Below, piece after piece: positions 1 to 14,927 of a stretch of DNA of 64,000 bases. Location of the stretch: assembly GCA_009914755.4 (NCBI GenBank), contig CP086569.2:15456001-15520000 (forward strand), given 5' to 3'. The notes under the pieces are model-generated. The model saw only the letters and a program-made list of their open reading frames with translations. It was not told the DNA's origin and ran no database searches. Numbering within the stretch: the first letter of the stretch is position 1; each line of letters begins with the position of its first letter. The position numbers and the translations under genes are program-made. This DNA comes from the human T2T-CHM13v2.0 reference genome, Homo sapiens.

Positions 1-654
1 AATTGATTGTGTAAGACTATCTCATTCAAAATTCATCAACAAGTGTCCACTGTGCTACACGACCTGCCCCATCTCCATCGTCACAACGACAGTCATCATT
101 TCTTTCCTCTGGATGGTATACTTCATCTTCCATCCAACCTGAGTTTACCTAGGAATCACTGCATTTCACCCTTGGTTTCTTGCTTTTTCTCATTCTTTTC
201 AGGCTCTCTTCAACTTGGAATACTGCTACTATTCCATCTCCACACAATTTATTCATTACTGAGGGCTAAAATGCTGTTTCTTGCACTTCTCTCCCAGTTT
301 CCTCGTTCTGCAGAACTAATTTACTGATTCCTCTCTCATCAGGGACAGTTCCTTTCCAAAATCCTACAACGTGGGTCCATGAAATCAGCTAGAGAAAAAG
401 AGGGACAGGATGGAGGCTAGGATTATCATGGGCACTGACATACTGGCCTCTGGGGGTAGGAAGACTAATACTCCCTAGGAAGGAAGGAAAAGAACCTTGG
501 AGAGGACTGTTTTATCTCAGTATTTCCCAGAAGCTCCAACAGTGGAGACTTCCCTGGGACCTTCACCCCATCTGCTCCTAATGAGCTTCCTGCCTGTGGG
601 GCTCCACTCAGAACGTTACATCCGGTGATGCATAGGACACCATTTGCAGAAATG

Positions 655-728
655 TGTGCATGCGTCCTGGCGTGTGCGTGCTTCCTGGCGTGTGCGTGCT
701 TCCTGGCGTGTGCGTGCTTCCTGGCATG
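655..728. repeat. 18-bp tandem repeat, about 4 copies (TGCGTGCTTCCTGGCGTG)
   Basis: Direct reading: tgcgtcctggcgtg / tgcgtgcttcctggcgtg x2 / tgcgtgcttcctggcatg in head-to-tail array. The overlapping ORFs 465..752(-) and 644..826(+) show the periodic translation (ARKHAH.. / RASWRV..). Confidence 0.85.
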
Positions 729-960
729 TAAGTGCATGTGCACATGTGGCATTTACTGAGCATGCATGCATTGATGTGAGAATGTATTTTCTTCCTTTCC
801 ACGATGAACTGCCACAGAATGGTTAAAGTTTTTCAGGGCTGAAAAGGTTGTTTTAGCTTGAATATGCACAAATATGTTTTTATTGCAGCAACTATTTAAA
901 ATAGCTCTGAAAGCCATTATTTTCCCCATTCCTTCTTCCCCCCAAAATTTGACTCTTTAT

Positions 961-1678
961 CCAATTTTCCATTCTGTGTCTTTTAATTGGGGCATTTAGC
1001 CTGTTTACATTTAAGGTTATTATTGTTATGTGTGATTTGATCCTGTCATTATTATGTTAGCTGGTTATTTTGCACATTAGTTGATACAGTTTCTTCATAG
1101 CAACCTTGGTCTTTACCATTTGGTATGTTTTGGCAGTGGCTGGTGCCGGTTGTTCCTTCCGTATTTAGTCCTTCCTTCAGGAGCTCCTGTAAGGCAGGCC
1201 TATGTTGACAAAATCCCTCAGCCTTTGCTTGTCCATAAAGGATTTTATTTCTCCTTTGCATATGAAGCTTAGCTTTGCTGGATATGAAATTCTGGGTTGA
1301 AAATCCTTTTCTCTAAAAATGTTGAATATTGGCCTCCACTCTCTTTTTGATTGTAGGGTTTCTGCAGAAAGATCCACTGTTAGTCTGATGGGCTTCTCTT
1401 TATGGGTAACCCGAGCTTTCTCTCTGGCTGCCCTTAACATCTTTCCTTCATTTCAACCTTTGTGAATGACTATTATGTATCTTGGGGTTGCTTTTCTCGA
1501 GGAGTATCTTTGTGGTGTTCCTTATATTTCCTGAATGTGAATGTTGACCTGTTTTGCTAGGTTGGGGGAGTTCTCCTGGATAATATCCTGAAGAGTGTTT
1601 TCCAGCTTGGTTCCATTCTTCCTATAACTTTCAGATATACCAGTCAAACATAGGTTTGCTCTTTTTACATAGTCCTGT
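961..1678 (-). mobile_element. LINE-1 inverted 5' segment (ORF1 C-terminal half, inter-ORF spacer, first ~20 codons of ORF2), antisense to the adjacent segment
   Basis: ORFs 1177..1440(-) MLRAAREKARVTHKEKPIRLT..ISYPAKLSF and 1522..1707(-) RANLCLTGI..LENTLQDIIQE are ORF1p-like. The reverse complement of 961-1090 matches the L1 inter-ORF/ORF2 start (..atcaaatcacacataacaataataacc..). Confidence 0.85.
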
Positions 1679-4192
1679 CTCACGTGCAGAAATACACATA
1701 CACTCAAAATAAAGGGATGGAGGACTATTTAGCAAGCAAATGGAAAGAAAAGAAAGGAGGGCTTTCAATCCTAGTCTCTGATAAAACAGACTTTAACCAA
1801 CAAAGATCAAAGAAGACAAAGAAGGGCATTACATAATGGTAAAGGGATCAATGCAACAAGAATAGCTAACTGTCTTAAATATATATGCGCCCAACATAGG
1901 AGCATCTAGATTCATAAAGCAAGTTCTTACACCTACAAAGAGACCTAGACTCCCACACAATAATAGTGGGAGATTTTAACATCCCACTGTCAATATTAGA
2001 CAGATCAATGAGACAGAAAACAAGGATATCAGGACTTGAACTCAACTCTGGATGAAGTGGACATAATAGACCTCTACAGAACTTTCCACCCTAAATCAAC
2101 AAAATATACATTCTTCTCAGCACCACATCACACTTATTCTAAAATGGACCATATAATTGGAAGTAAAAAACTCCTCAGAAAATACAAAAGAATGTAAATC
2201 ATAACAAACAGCCTGTCAGACACACGTGTGATCAAATTAGACTCAAGATTAAGAAACTTACTCAAAACTGCACAACTACGTGGAAACTGAACAACCTGCT
2301 CCTGATTGACTACTGGGTAAATAATGAAATGAAGTCAGAAATAAAGAAGTTCTTTGAAATCACTGAGAACAAACACACAACATATTAGATCTCTGGGACC
2401 CAGCCAAAGCAGTGTTTAGGTGGAAATTTATAACACTAAATGCCCACAGGAGAAAATGGGAGAAGATCTAAAACCGACACACTAACATCACAGTTGAAAG
2501 AACTGGAAAAACAAGAGCAAACAAATTGCAAAGCTAGCAGTAAACAAGAAACAACTAAGATTGTAGCAGAGCAGAAGGAAAGAGATACAGAAAAACCCTT
2601 CAAAAAATCAGTGAATCCAGGAGCTGGTTTTCTGAAGATTAATAAAATAGGTGGACCACTAGCAAGACTACTAAAGAAGAAATTCAGAAGAATAAAATAG
2701 ACACAACAAAAAATTATACATGGCGTATCACCACTGATCCCACAGAAACACAGGTACCATCAGAGAATACTATAAACATCTCTATGGAAATAAACAAGGA
2801 AATCTAGAAGAAATGGATAAATTCCTGGACACATACATCTTCCCAGGACTAAACCAGGAAGAAGTCAAATCTCTGAATAGACCAATAACAAGTTCTGAAT
2901 TTGATGCTGTAATTAATAGCCTATCAACTAAAAAAAGCACAGGACCAGAAGGATTCACAGCTGAATTCCACCAGAGGTACAAAGAATAGCTGGTACCATT
3001 CCTTTTGAAACTATTCACAACAACAGAAAAAGAGGGAACCCTCCCTAACTCATTTTATGAGGCTGGCATCATCCTGATACCACAACCTGGCAGAGACACA
3101 ACAGAAAAATAAAATTTCAGACAAATATCCCTGATGAACATTGGTGTGAAATTTTTCAATAAAATACTGGCAAAGAGAATCCAGCAGCACATCAAAAAGT
3201 TTATATACCACGATTGAGTCGACTTCATCAATGGGATGGAAGTCTGAATCAATATATGAAAATCAATAAATGCTGTCCATCACATAAACAGAACCAATGA
3301 CAAAACCACACATGATTATCTCAATGCAGAAAAGGCCTTTGAAAAAATTCAATACTCCTTCAAGCTAAAAATCCTCAATAAACTAGGTATTAATGGAACG
3401 TATCTCTAATAAGAGCTATTTATGACAAAGCCATAGTCAATATCATACTCAGTGGGCAAAAGCTGGAAGCATTCCCTTTGAAAACTGGCACAAGACAAGG
3501 ATGCCCTCTGTCACCACTCCTATTCAACATAGTATTGGAAGTTCTGGCCAGGGCAATCAGGCAAGAGAAAGAAATAGAGTATATTGAAGTAGGAAGAGAG
3601 GAAGTCAAATTGTCTCTGTTTGCAGATGACATGAATGTATATTTAGTAAGCTCCATTGTCTCAGCCCCAAAATTCCCTTAAGCTGATAAGCAACTTTAGC
3701 AAAGTCTCAGGATTCAAAATCAAGCTAGAAAAATCACATGCATTCCTATACCCCAGTAATAGACAAACAGAGAGCCATATCATGAGTGAACTTCCATTCA
3801 CAATTGCTACAAAGAGAATAAAATGCCTAGGAATACAACTTAAAAGGGATGTGAAGGACCTCTCCAAGGAGAGCTACAAACCACTGTTCAAGGAAATAAG
3901 AGAGGACACAAACAAATGGAAGAACATTCCATACTCATGGATTTGAAGAATCAATATTGTGAAAATGGCAATAATGCCCCAAGTAATTTATAGAATCAAT
4001 GCTATCCCCATCAAGCTACCATGACTTTCTTCACAGAATTAGAAAAAACTACCTTAAATTTCATATGGAACCAAAAAAGAGCTTGTGTAGCCAAGACCAT
4101 CCTAAGCAAAAATAACAAAGTTGGAGGCATCAAGCTACCTGACTTCAAACTATGCTACAAGGCCCCAGTAACCAAAGCATGGTACTGGTACC

Positions 4193-4197
<5 letters not shown>
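1679..4197 (+). mobile_element. LINE-1 sense segment: ORF2 from the endonuclease domain (..THLTCKDTHRLK..) through RT to about codon 1005 (..KAWYWYQN). The 3' ~1 kb and tail are absent. Pseudogenised.
   Basis: ORFs 3478..3681(+) [31 protein letters not shown] (RT active-site region) and 4021..4236(+) [29 protein letters not shown]. Many stops and frameshifts. Ends abruptly at (GT)n. Confidence 0.85.
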
Positions 4198-4241
<44 letters not shown>

Positions 4242-4345
4242 ATATAAATTTTCAATATGTAAATATATAAATACATAAATATATTATATTATATTAATGT
4301 GTAAATATATATTCATATATAAAAATATATAAATATATAAATTTG
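4198..4345. repeat. (GT)n microsatellite (4198-4235) followed by AT-rich TATATAAA-like simple repeats
   Basis: gtgtgtgtgt.. run of ~19 units, then aaaaatatataaat / atatataaatacataaat periodic AT-rich sequence. Confidence 0.9.
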
Positions 4346-4832
4346 TAGATATATAAATTCTGACATTTAGGTTTCCTTCTTCTTAGGAATTCCACCAAAA
4401 TTACACGAGTAACACTATACTAAATTTTTACCTACTATCATTAAAAAATAATGACTTACTCAAAGCTCTGACACTCATTAGAGCAGGTTGATATGGTAGA
4501 AAATTCTAGCCCTATGCAACTGGAGTGATCTTGATGCTAAGACAATATGACCCAAAACCTTGTCCTTTCCTTTTGGCTATATGAATATTTTCTAACTTTT
4601 GTGAACAAAATATGTCTCATTTTCCTCATGATGGTGTTTCAAAATGAATTGATGGGTGTTTTTCAGTTATTAGTGGATAGGAGCTCTCTTAGCTCAGCCC
4701 TTCAAAAACTTGTGTTTGATGTTGTAATTTTGTAAATTATCTCAATGTATGCCTATATGCTTACACACATAATCCCCTACCTAAAAGATCAACCTTAGCT
4801 TAGAATTTCTTCCTTTTTATTTTTTTCCTCTA

Positions 4833-5134
4833 TTTTTTTTTTTTTTTTTTTTTTTTGAGACAGGGTCTTGTTCTGTTGCTCAGGTTGGGGTGTAGGAGTA
4901 CAATCATAGCTCACTGCAGCTTTTGAGCTCCTGGGCTCAGGCGATCTTCCCACCTCACACTTCAGCCTCCCCTGAGAGCACAGGCATGTACCACCACACC
5001 CAGTTGATTTAAAATCTATTTTTTTGTACAGATGCAGTTCCTATGTTATTCAGGCTGGTCTCGAACTTCTGGCCTCTAGTAGTCCTCCTGCTTCAACCTC
5101 CTCAGAGTACAGGCATGAACCATCATTCCTGGCC
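4833..5134 (-). mobile_element. Alu element (antisense; poly-T at left)
   Basis: ttttttt..gagacagggtcttgttctgttgctcaggttgg..gcctcccctgagagcacaggcatgtaccaccacacccag..ggcatgaaccatcattcctggcc is the reverse complement of the dimeric Alu consensus. Confidence 0.9.
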
Positions 5135-6501
5135 CCTTACTATTTCTATATTTTACTTTTAGTATAAGTCTGTGAAAGAAGTATATTTCTCATAGTTTGT
5201 TGAACTGCGCAGATGATGATGTTGAAGGATCTGCACGATGGTTATGATGGTTGCTGTCATTGCACTACAGTGCTTTTTAAAAAACTGAAAATATTCATTT
5301 CTCACTAGAATAGTCATACAGGCATTTATTTGTTGCTTTAGAATTTGGAAACTTCTTTTTATATTCATAGTTGTATTTCATTCTGCCAGCAGATTAGGCA
5401 GATTCATCCTCTCCCACTTTCCAGTGGTAGAAACAGGTGTCCTGAGGCAGTGAAGTAGTTGTTGGAAAATCACTGTGGTTTGCTTTCCAGGGATTTTCTT
5501 GTCCTCTGAGTGCGAAAGTATCATAATACATGGCACATTCCCACAGGAAGTTTAGGGTGTGAAAAGTCAATGTATTAATATACATATGGGATCCACTTCC
5601 ACTCAAAGCAAAACACATTGAGTCAAGTATCAGAGCTCAGTGGGTGTACATGATGGCATTTAATTTTCCTAAATTACTTCATATAATTAATATACACTAA
5701 GCCTTTGTTATGATGCTACACATCATTTTTGGAGTCACAAGCTTTCAACCTTCATCTAACTAAAAGATGGATATCTTCATTTTATATTAGGTGGTCTGGA
5801 AGCCATAGTAGTGTTAAAGAGCACATAGGGAATGTTTTAGTCCATTCGGATTGCTGTAAGGAAATACAATAGACTGTGTGGCTTATAAATAACAGACATT
5901 TATTGCTGAGTTCTGGAGGCTGGGAATTCAAGATCAAGGTGTGGCAGATTCAGTGTCTGGTGAGGACACACATCTTTGTTTGTTGATAGTGCCTTTTCCT
6001 TGTATCCTCATGTGGTGGAAGGGATAAGGGAGTTCTCTGAGTTCCCTTTTGTAAGGGCACCAGTCCCATTCATAAGGCTCCAACCTCATGACTTCATCAC
6101 CTCCCAAGGGCCTCACCTCCTGATACTATCATCTTGGGGGTCATGATTTCAACATAGGAATTTGGAGTGACACAACCATTCAGATCATAGCAGAGAGAGT
6201 GAGATGAGACTTGCCGAACTCCATAAAGCCATATGAATATTTTCAGTTCCAGTCCTATTTCCATTTTCAAATGTTGAGTTATGAACTTGATTGATGCCTC
6301 CTGGTATTTTTCAAAATGTTCTAGAGCTCTCATGATCAATATTAAACCTTTCCCATTCAAAGGACATGATTATTTTATGTGAGTAATGTGTTGCTATTTG
6401 ACAAAGGAGTACAACTATAAATAAATCTTGACTATCTTGATGTAGGAAATAAATACACCTGTCAAGATATACTATAATGCTTTTGTAGTCAAAACAATGA
6501 T

Positions 6502-6802
6502 GGGGCTAGCATTGTGACTCATGCTTGTAATCCCAGCACTTTGGGAGGCCGAGGGAGGTGGATGACTTGAGGTCAGGAGTTCGAGACTAGCCTGTCCTAC
6601 ATGGTTAAACCGCATCTCTACTAAAAATACAAAAATCAGCCAGGCATGATGGTGCATGCCTGTAATCCCTGATACTCTGGAGGCTGAGGAAAGAGAATCA
6701 CTTCACTCCAGGATGCAGGGGTTACAGTGAGCCAAGACGGTGTCACTGCACTCTAGCTAGGCACCAGAGTGAGACTCGATCTCAAAAACAAACAAAGAAA
6801 AA
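6502..6802 (+). mobile_element. Alu element (sense)
   Basis: ggctagcattgtgactcatgcttgtaatcccagcactttgggaggccgagg..gcctgtaatccctgatactctggaggctgagg..gagactcgatctcaaaaacaaacaaagaaaaaa. Confidence 0.9.
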
Positions 6803-7656
6803 ATGGTGGATAGAATAGGATATTATTTAAATGAAAACTGTAAGGGGAGTTGTATGCTCTCAAATGTCATTATGCACAGTCTAATATGTCCCTTTCACTC
6901 TGCCACTCTACCTGCTAATTTGCTTCCTTAATTCAGACTTACCTATTAGGTTATTAGTTATAATATAGGTTGACAATTATGCAGCTTTTCTTCTTTACCA
7001 AGACCTGTTCCAAGTGCTTTTTATATTAACTCATTGGTGTCAACCACTCTACCCCATAGTAACCATTAGTATTAGTTTCCTATCTGTGCTGTGGTAACAA
7101 GTTACTACAGACCTAGTGGCTTCATACAGTTCTACCACTCAGAAGTCCAAAATGAGACTTAGGAGGCTAAAATCAAGGTATCATCAGGACTTCATTATTT
7201 TTGGAAGCTCTGCGAGAGGATACATCTCCCTACCTTTTCAAGATTCTAGAAACTTCCTACTTTCGTTGGCTCATAGGCTCCTTTCTCCACCTTCAATGCC
7301 AGTAGACTGAGTCCTTGTTCTGTCATCTTTTTGTTTGTCCCTCTTTTTCCCTTTTCTATGGGCACAGTGGATAACCTGGAATGATCTCCCAATTTCAAGG
7401 TCTGCTGACTGGGAATCTTAATTCCACCTGCCTCTTTCATTCAAATCCCTTTTCCATGTAAGACCACACAACCGCGCATATTAACACATGGGCATCTCAG
7501 GGGGACCATTATTATGCAGACCACACAGTTGTTATCTTCATTTTATAGCCAAGAAAGACAAACAGAGTTAAATCACTTACTCAGATTGTTGGTCTGCTAA
7601 ATGGTAGAGCTAGTTAAAATTAGGAGCATACGCAGGGAAGCTAGGCAGTGTTGTGA

Positions 7657-7940
7657 TCAAGGCCCTTGGCCCCCTAAAGTTTCAATGAAAAATCATGGAG
7701 ATAATCAGTGACTATTACTGTCCACTCAACCGGGTTGCACAGAGGGAGAGAGAGACCAGGAGCCTGGCTGGCTGATGATAATGTCTTACCCTATTGCTAG
7801 CAGTGTTGGTTCCTGGGTTCTCTGCACTGTGGCTTTCAAAAGAACAGAGCAGCTTTGGTGACCCCACTTGTTGTGCCATAACTGTAGAGGCCAAGGCTTT
7901 TTATCCCCTAAAGTTTTACTGAAAAATTACTGACTAGGCA
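7657..7940. repeat. Pair of ~35-40 bp imperfect direct repeats (aaggc..cccctaaagttt..tgaaaaat..tactg) about 230 bp apart
   Basis: 7657-7720 vs 7890-7940, read directly. Origin unknown. Confidence 0.4.
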
Positions 7941-8706
7941 GACCAATTTACAGGTGAAATGACATACAAACATGCTTAATGCAGATACAAAGGAGCCTTC
8001 AGAATGAAGACGCAACCTCCCTGTGAGATCCTGAAGCTTATATACCAACCTGAGTTTACAGAAAGAGTGGGGGCTTGGATCCCAGTAATACAGATGATGG
8101 GAGGGGGAGAAGAGGAATTCTGTCGAGGAGATTACTAGAACGGAGATTAACTTGTAAATAACTCTTTTTGAAAATTAAATAATCCTTGAGGACAACCTTG
8201 GAAAACTGTCTGTTGAGGTGTGGTGTCATCTTGGTTTTTTTCTGCAGTCGATAAGGATATAACAGGAAGGGGTTAAAAACAATTATTATCCTTGTGGGAG
8301 TCTGTGTCTTAGGCAAATAAAGAAACTTCAGCTACTTTGGGAGAGGTAGTGGGAGAGGGGGAGGTTGGACTTCTTCAACTCAGCCTGTCAAAATGCCATA
8401 TTTTGGGGTATTGTTTTCTGAGCCTCAGCAGGACTCATACAGTATTGTGGGATTTGGGGCTGAGCCATGGTGGGACAGATTTTCCCCTGAGATCCTTATG
8501 CATCCAAATCAGTAGGTGCCTGTTCACGTTCAACATGAAAAAACTGACACAAAGCAATGAGTAGGAAATTGGGGGGTAAATGTAATGAAACAAACGTGTG
8601 TTAAACAACATTTCTCCATAATATTAAACTAATGTGAAGAATTTAGAGTCAGGAATTTTTCTGGAAAGTGTAGGCTCCAACTTCCTCAGAGTATGATTTG
8701 TAGGAT

Positions 8707-10034
8707 GCTCTTCCCCATTCACTACTCCACCCAACATTTCTGACAGTTATCAGAAGAAAGAGACCTGGTATAATTAATCAAACTCAAGACATTTAGGTCA
8801 TTGTTTGCTTGAGATTCATCAGGAGGTCTTCTAACCATGCTGCAAACACTTTAACTCATCAGGGCTTCACAGATGAATTTACTGATTCCACAAACTTGTA
8901 AATTGTATTTCCAGAGCCAATGTGAACTCTCTCAGTTATGGTTTTTGTCTTGAAGACTGTGACTTTCATTTAAAATGTTGTTTCAATGATGCATTTTCTG
9001 AACTCAATGAAATTATGAAGGGACAGATTTTAAAGTCCATAACGATTTTGTTTTATTAAAGCTGCCAAATATTTTTAATATGGTGTGAAGAGGCACAAGA
9101 AAATGTAAACCCTAGTTACCACTGAGACGTCCCATTGTTTAGTCATTTCAGCACCACTGCATAGACTTCCGTAATATGAGAAAGAGACTTAATATCCTAG
9201 TCATGAGGAGCACAGGGTTTAGGGAAAAATACATACACAGATATATCTATATGTTGATATACACACACACATATACATGCACACACACTCACACATACAC
9301 AATCAGTGACTTCTTATGATGGTTCAACTAATGATTTTCAACCTTATGATGGTGTGAAGGCAATACACATTGTAGATGTCCACAAAATATTTAAAAAGCT
9401 TTATTCTGAGCCAAATACCAGTGACCTAGGCCTGTGACACAGCCCCAAGAGATCCGGAGAACATGTGCCTAAGGGGGTTGAGCATGATTTTATACATTTT
9501 GTAGGGGAGAGAAGTTACAGGCAGATATTCATCAATTCAAGGTATACATTTGTTTCTTCCAGGAAGGTGGCACAACTTGAAGCAGAGGATTCCCGGTTAT
9601 AGACAGATTCAGAGGTTTTCAAATTGGCTATTGGTTGAAGGAGTTAAGTTACCTAAAGACCTGGAATCAATAGAAAGGAGTGTCTGGGTTAAGAAAAGGT
9701 GTTGTGGAGACCAAGGTCTTATGCAGATAAAGTCTCATAGTTGGCCATCCTTAGAAGCAATAGATGACAAAAGTTTCCCATTCAGACCCTTGAAAGATGC
9801 TAGATGCTCATCTAATCACATCAAGATGAGCAAAAGACCAGTCAAGGGAAGTAAACCTGAAAAACTTGTTCACACCACTTTATCCCTCCTTGGATTAGAT
9901 AGTGTTTGCCTCATGGTTAGAAGATCTCCTGATGAATCTTGAGCAAACAATGCCCTAAATGTCTTGAGTTTGATTAATTATCCCAGGTCTCTTTCTTCTG
10001 ACAATTCAGGTAAAGAGTAGAATGCAGCTCTTCC
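8707..10034. mobile_element. Putative non-autonomous DNA transposon (hAT-like). 1312-bp body (8715-10026) with ~145-bp imperfect terminal inverted repeats, flanked by an exact 8-bp direct repeat GCTCTTCC (8707-8714 and 10027-10034).
   Basis: Left arm 8715-8860 (ccattcactactcc..cagaagaaagagacctggtataattaatcaaactcaagacatttaggtcattgtttgcttgagattcatcaggaggtcttctaaccatg) aligns to the reverse complement of 9890-10026 (tgcattctactc..cagaagaaagagacctgggataattaatcaaactcaagacatttagggcattgtttgctcaagattcatcaggagatcttctaaccatg). No transposase-like ORF inside. Confidence 0.5.
9261..9300. repeat. Imperfect (CA)n microsatellite
   Basis: acacacacacatatacatgcacacacactcacacatacac. Confidence 0.8.
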
Positions 10035-10690
10035 TTATAAAAGGCAGCTTTGTGAGGCCATTTCAAAATATATGAAAGAAGTATATTTTGGGGTAAAATG
10101 CTTTGATTTCTTTTAGGGCCTGGTATCTATCATGTGATGTTACACCAGAGAGGTTGAAATTTGGTATCTTTTTGTTATCAAGTGTCTGTTTGGTTGGTCT
10201 TATGATTTCTGTTTTAATGTTAATTCTGGTCAGTTGTGCCCGAGTTCCAAAGAGAGAAGTGTATAGTGAGGCATGTCCAATCCCCATATCCCCTCATCGC
10301 CAGAAGAAGTTTTTCAGGATTAGTTTGGAATGCCCTTGGCAGAGAGGGTTTATATTCAGTTAACTGGGGACTTAGAATTTTAATTTTGGTTTACAGAATT
10401 CACTAGAGACTCTACATCCAGTACCCATATAATCATTCTAATTTGCACTTTTGGTACAGGATTCAATAAATTACATGAGATGCTCAACACTTTATTATAA
10501 AATAGACTTTCTGTTAGATGCTTTTACCCAACTGTAGGCTAAAGTAAGTGTACTGCACATATTTGAAATAGACTAGGCTATGTTGCATGATATATTTGGT
10601 CTATGTGATAAATTTTTGTCTTATGATATTTTGAACATATCATGGGTTTTTCAGATGTAATCGCCATTGCAGTTCCAGGAACATCTGTAT

Positions 10691-10745
10691 GTATTTTATG
10701 TGTGTGTGTGTATGTCTGTGTGTGTTTGTGTGTGTGTATGTGTGT
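10691..10745. repeat. Imperfect (TG)n microsatellite
   Basis: gtgtgtgtgtgtatgtctgtgtgtgtttgtgtgtgtgtatgtgtg. Confidence 0.8.
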
Positions 10746-11711
10746 TCTTCAACTCCTTGGACAGATCTCAACCTTTCAGAGGCTTCGTTTTCTTCTTTGT
10801 AAAATGGGAACAGTGGTATTTCTCTTATGGAATGTCATTGTGGAGTAATTTAGAAAAGCGTAGCATTCAACCGGAAACCTTCATAGCATTTATTGCCTGG
10901 AAAATGATGTTGATTTCTAGGGGAGATAAGTACTTTCTTATTTATCACATTTCATAAAAGGAAGGAACCTACTTTTCTTGAATTCTAAAACACATATGTG
11001 CATTGGGAATGGGAATGAGAATACACTTAGCAAAATGATCCCTCTGAAGACAATGGCAATGTGTTTGCCAAGGGGATTAATTAGACGTATTTTGCAATAC
11101 TGTTTATAGAATGGAAAACAAGAAATTGAGAGGAGGTAGTTGGAAGTGTGCACTTCTCTGCAGATCAGCCAACTGGCCTCAGTACTTTAGGTAAGGGATT
11201 TTAATTTGTCCTTTGGTTTACAGGACAACGCAGACTTACTGCTGTTTATATTCATCAAACACACATACCTGAGTAGCAGATCTCTACTCTCCCTTTAAAT
11301 AAGGTAATTCTATGGAACATTTTTGAAAGCCTAGAAAAATGTAATACAGAGGTGATGTGAAAGAAAATTACATCTATTGTCCTGTTATCCCTTGACTTTC
11401 TCTGGATATAAATGTTTTCCACATTTTTGCAACCTTTCTCTGCCTAAGCTTTCATTTTGGGGAAAACATAACAGTGTATGATTTTCTGTGTGTTTAATTC
11501 TAAAATTGCAAAGTTAATCCCACACCATTGTGGAGATAAACTTTTGAGTTTCTGTTTGAAAATTTGGGGATATGGAAATTGTCAAATACTGCTGATATAT
11601 ATGTTTAAGAGACCCAGGGGCATGAAAACATCTGGATTTTTAAATATATTGTCTGGTAATCATATAATACATCGTCCTACATTGAGAGGTAACTGTTTAT
11701 TAATCATAGTT

Positions 11712-11726
11712 TCTCTTCTATATTTT
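11712..11726. repeat. Target-site duplication, left copy (tctcttctatatttt) of the 11727-17652 LINE-1
   Basis: Matches 17653-17666 (tcttctataatttt) immediately beyond the other end of the element. Confidence 0.7.

Positions 11727-14927
<3,201 letters not shown>

Noticed and set aside
1-640. Possible LTR or other old repeat in the first 640 bp (no obvious unique-gene features)
   Set aside because: I cannot match it to a family from memory. No terminal TG..CA/TSD pair identified. Left unannotated.
9550-9942. 130-aa ORF on the plus strand in unique-looking DNA
   Set aside because: It lies inside the inverted-repeat-bounded element. It has no recognisable domain, no codon-usage signal and no splice-site context. 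It is too short to be a transposase. Most likely chance.
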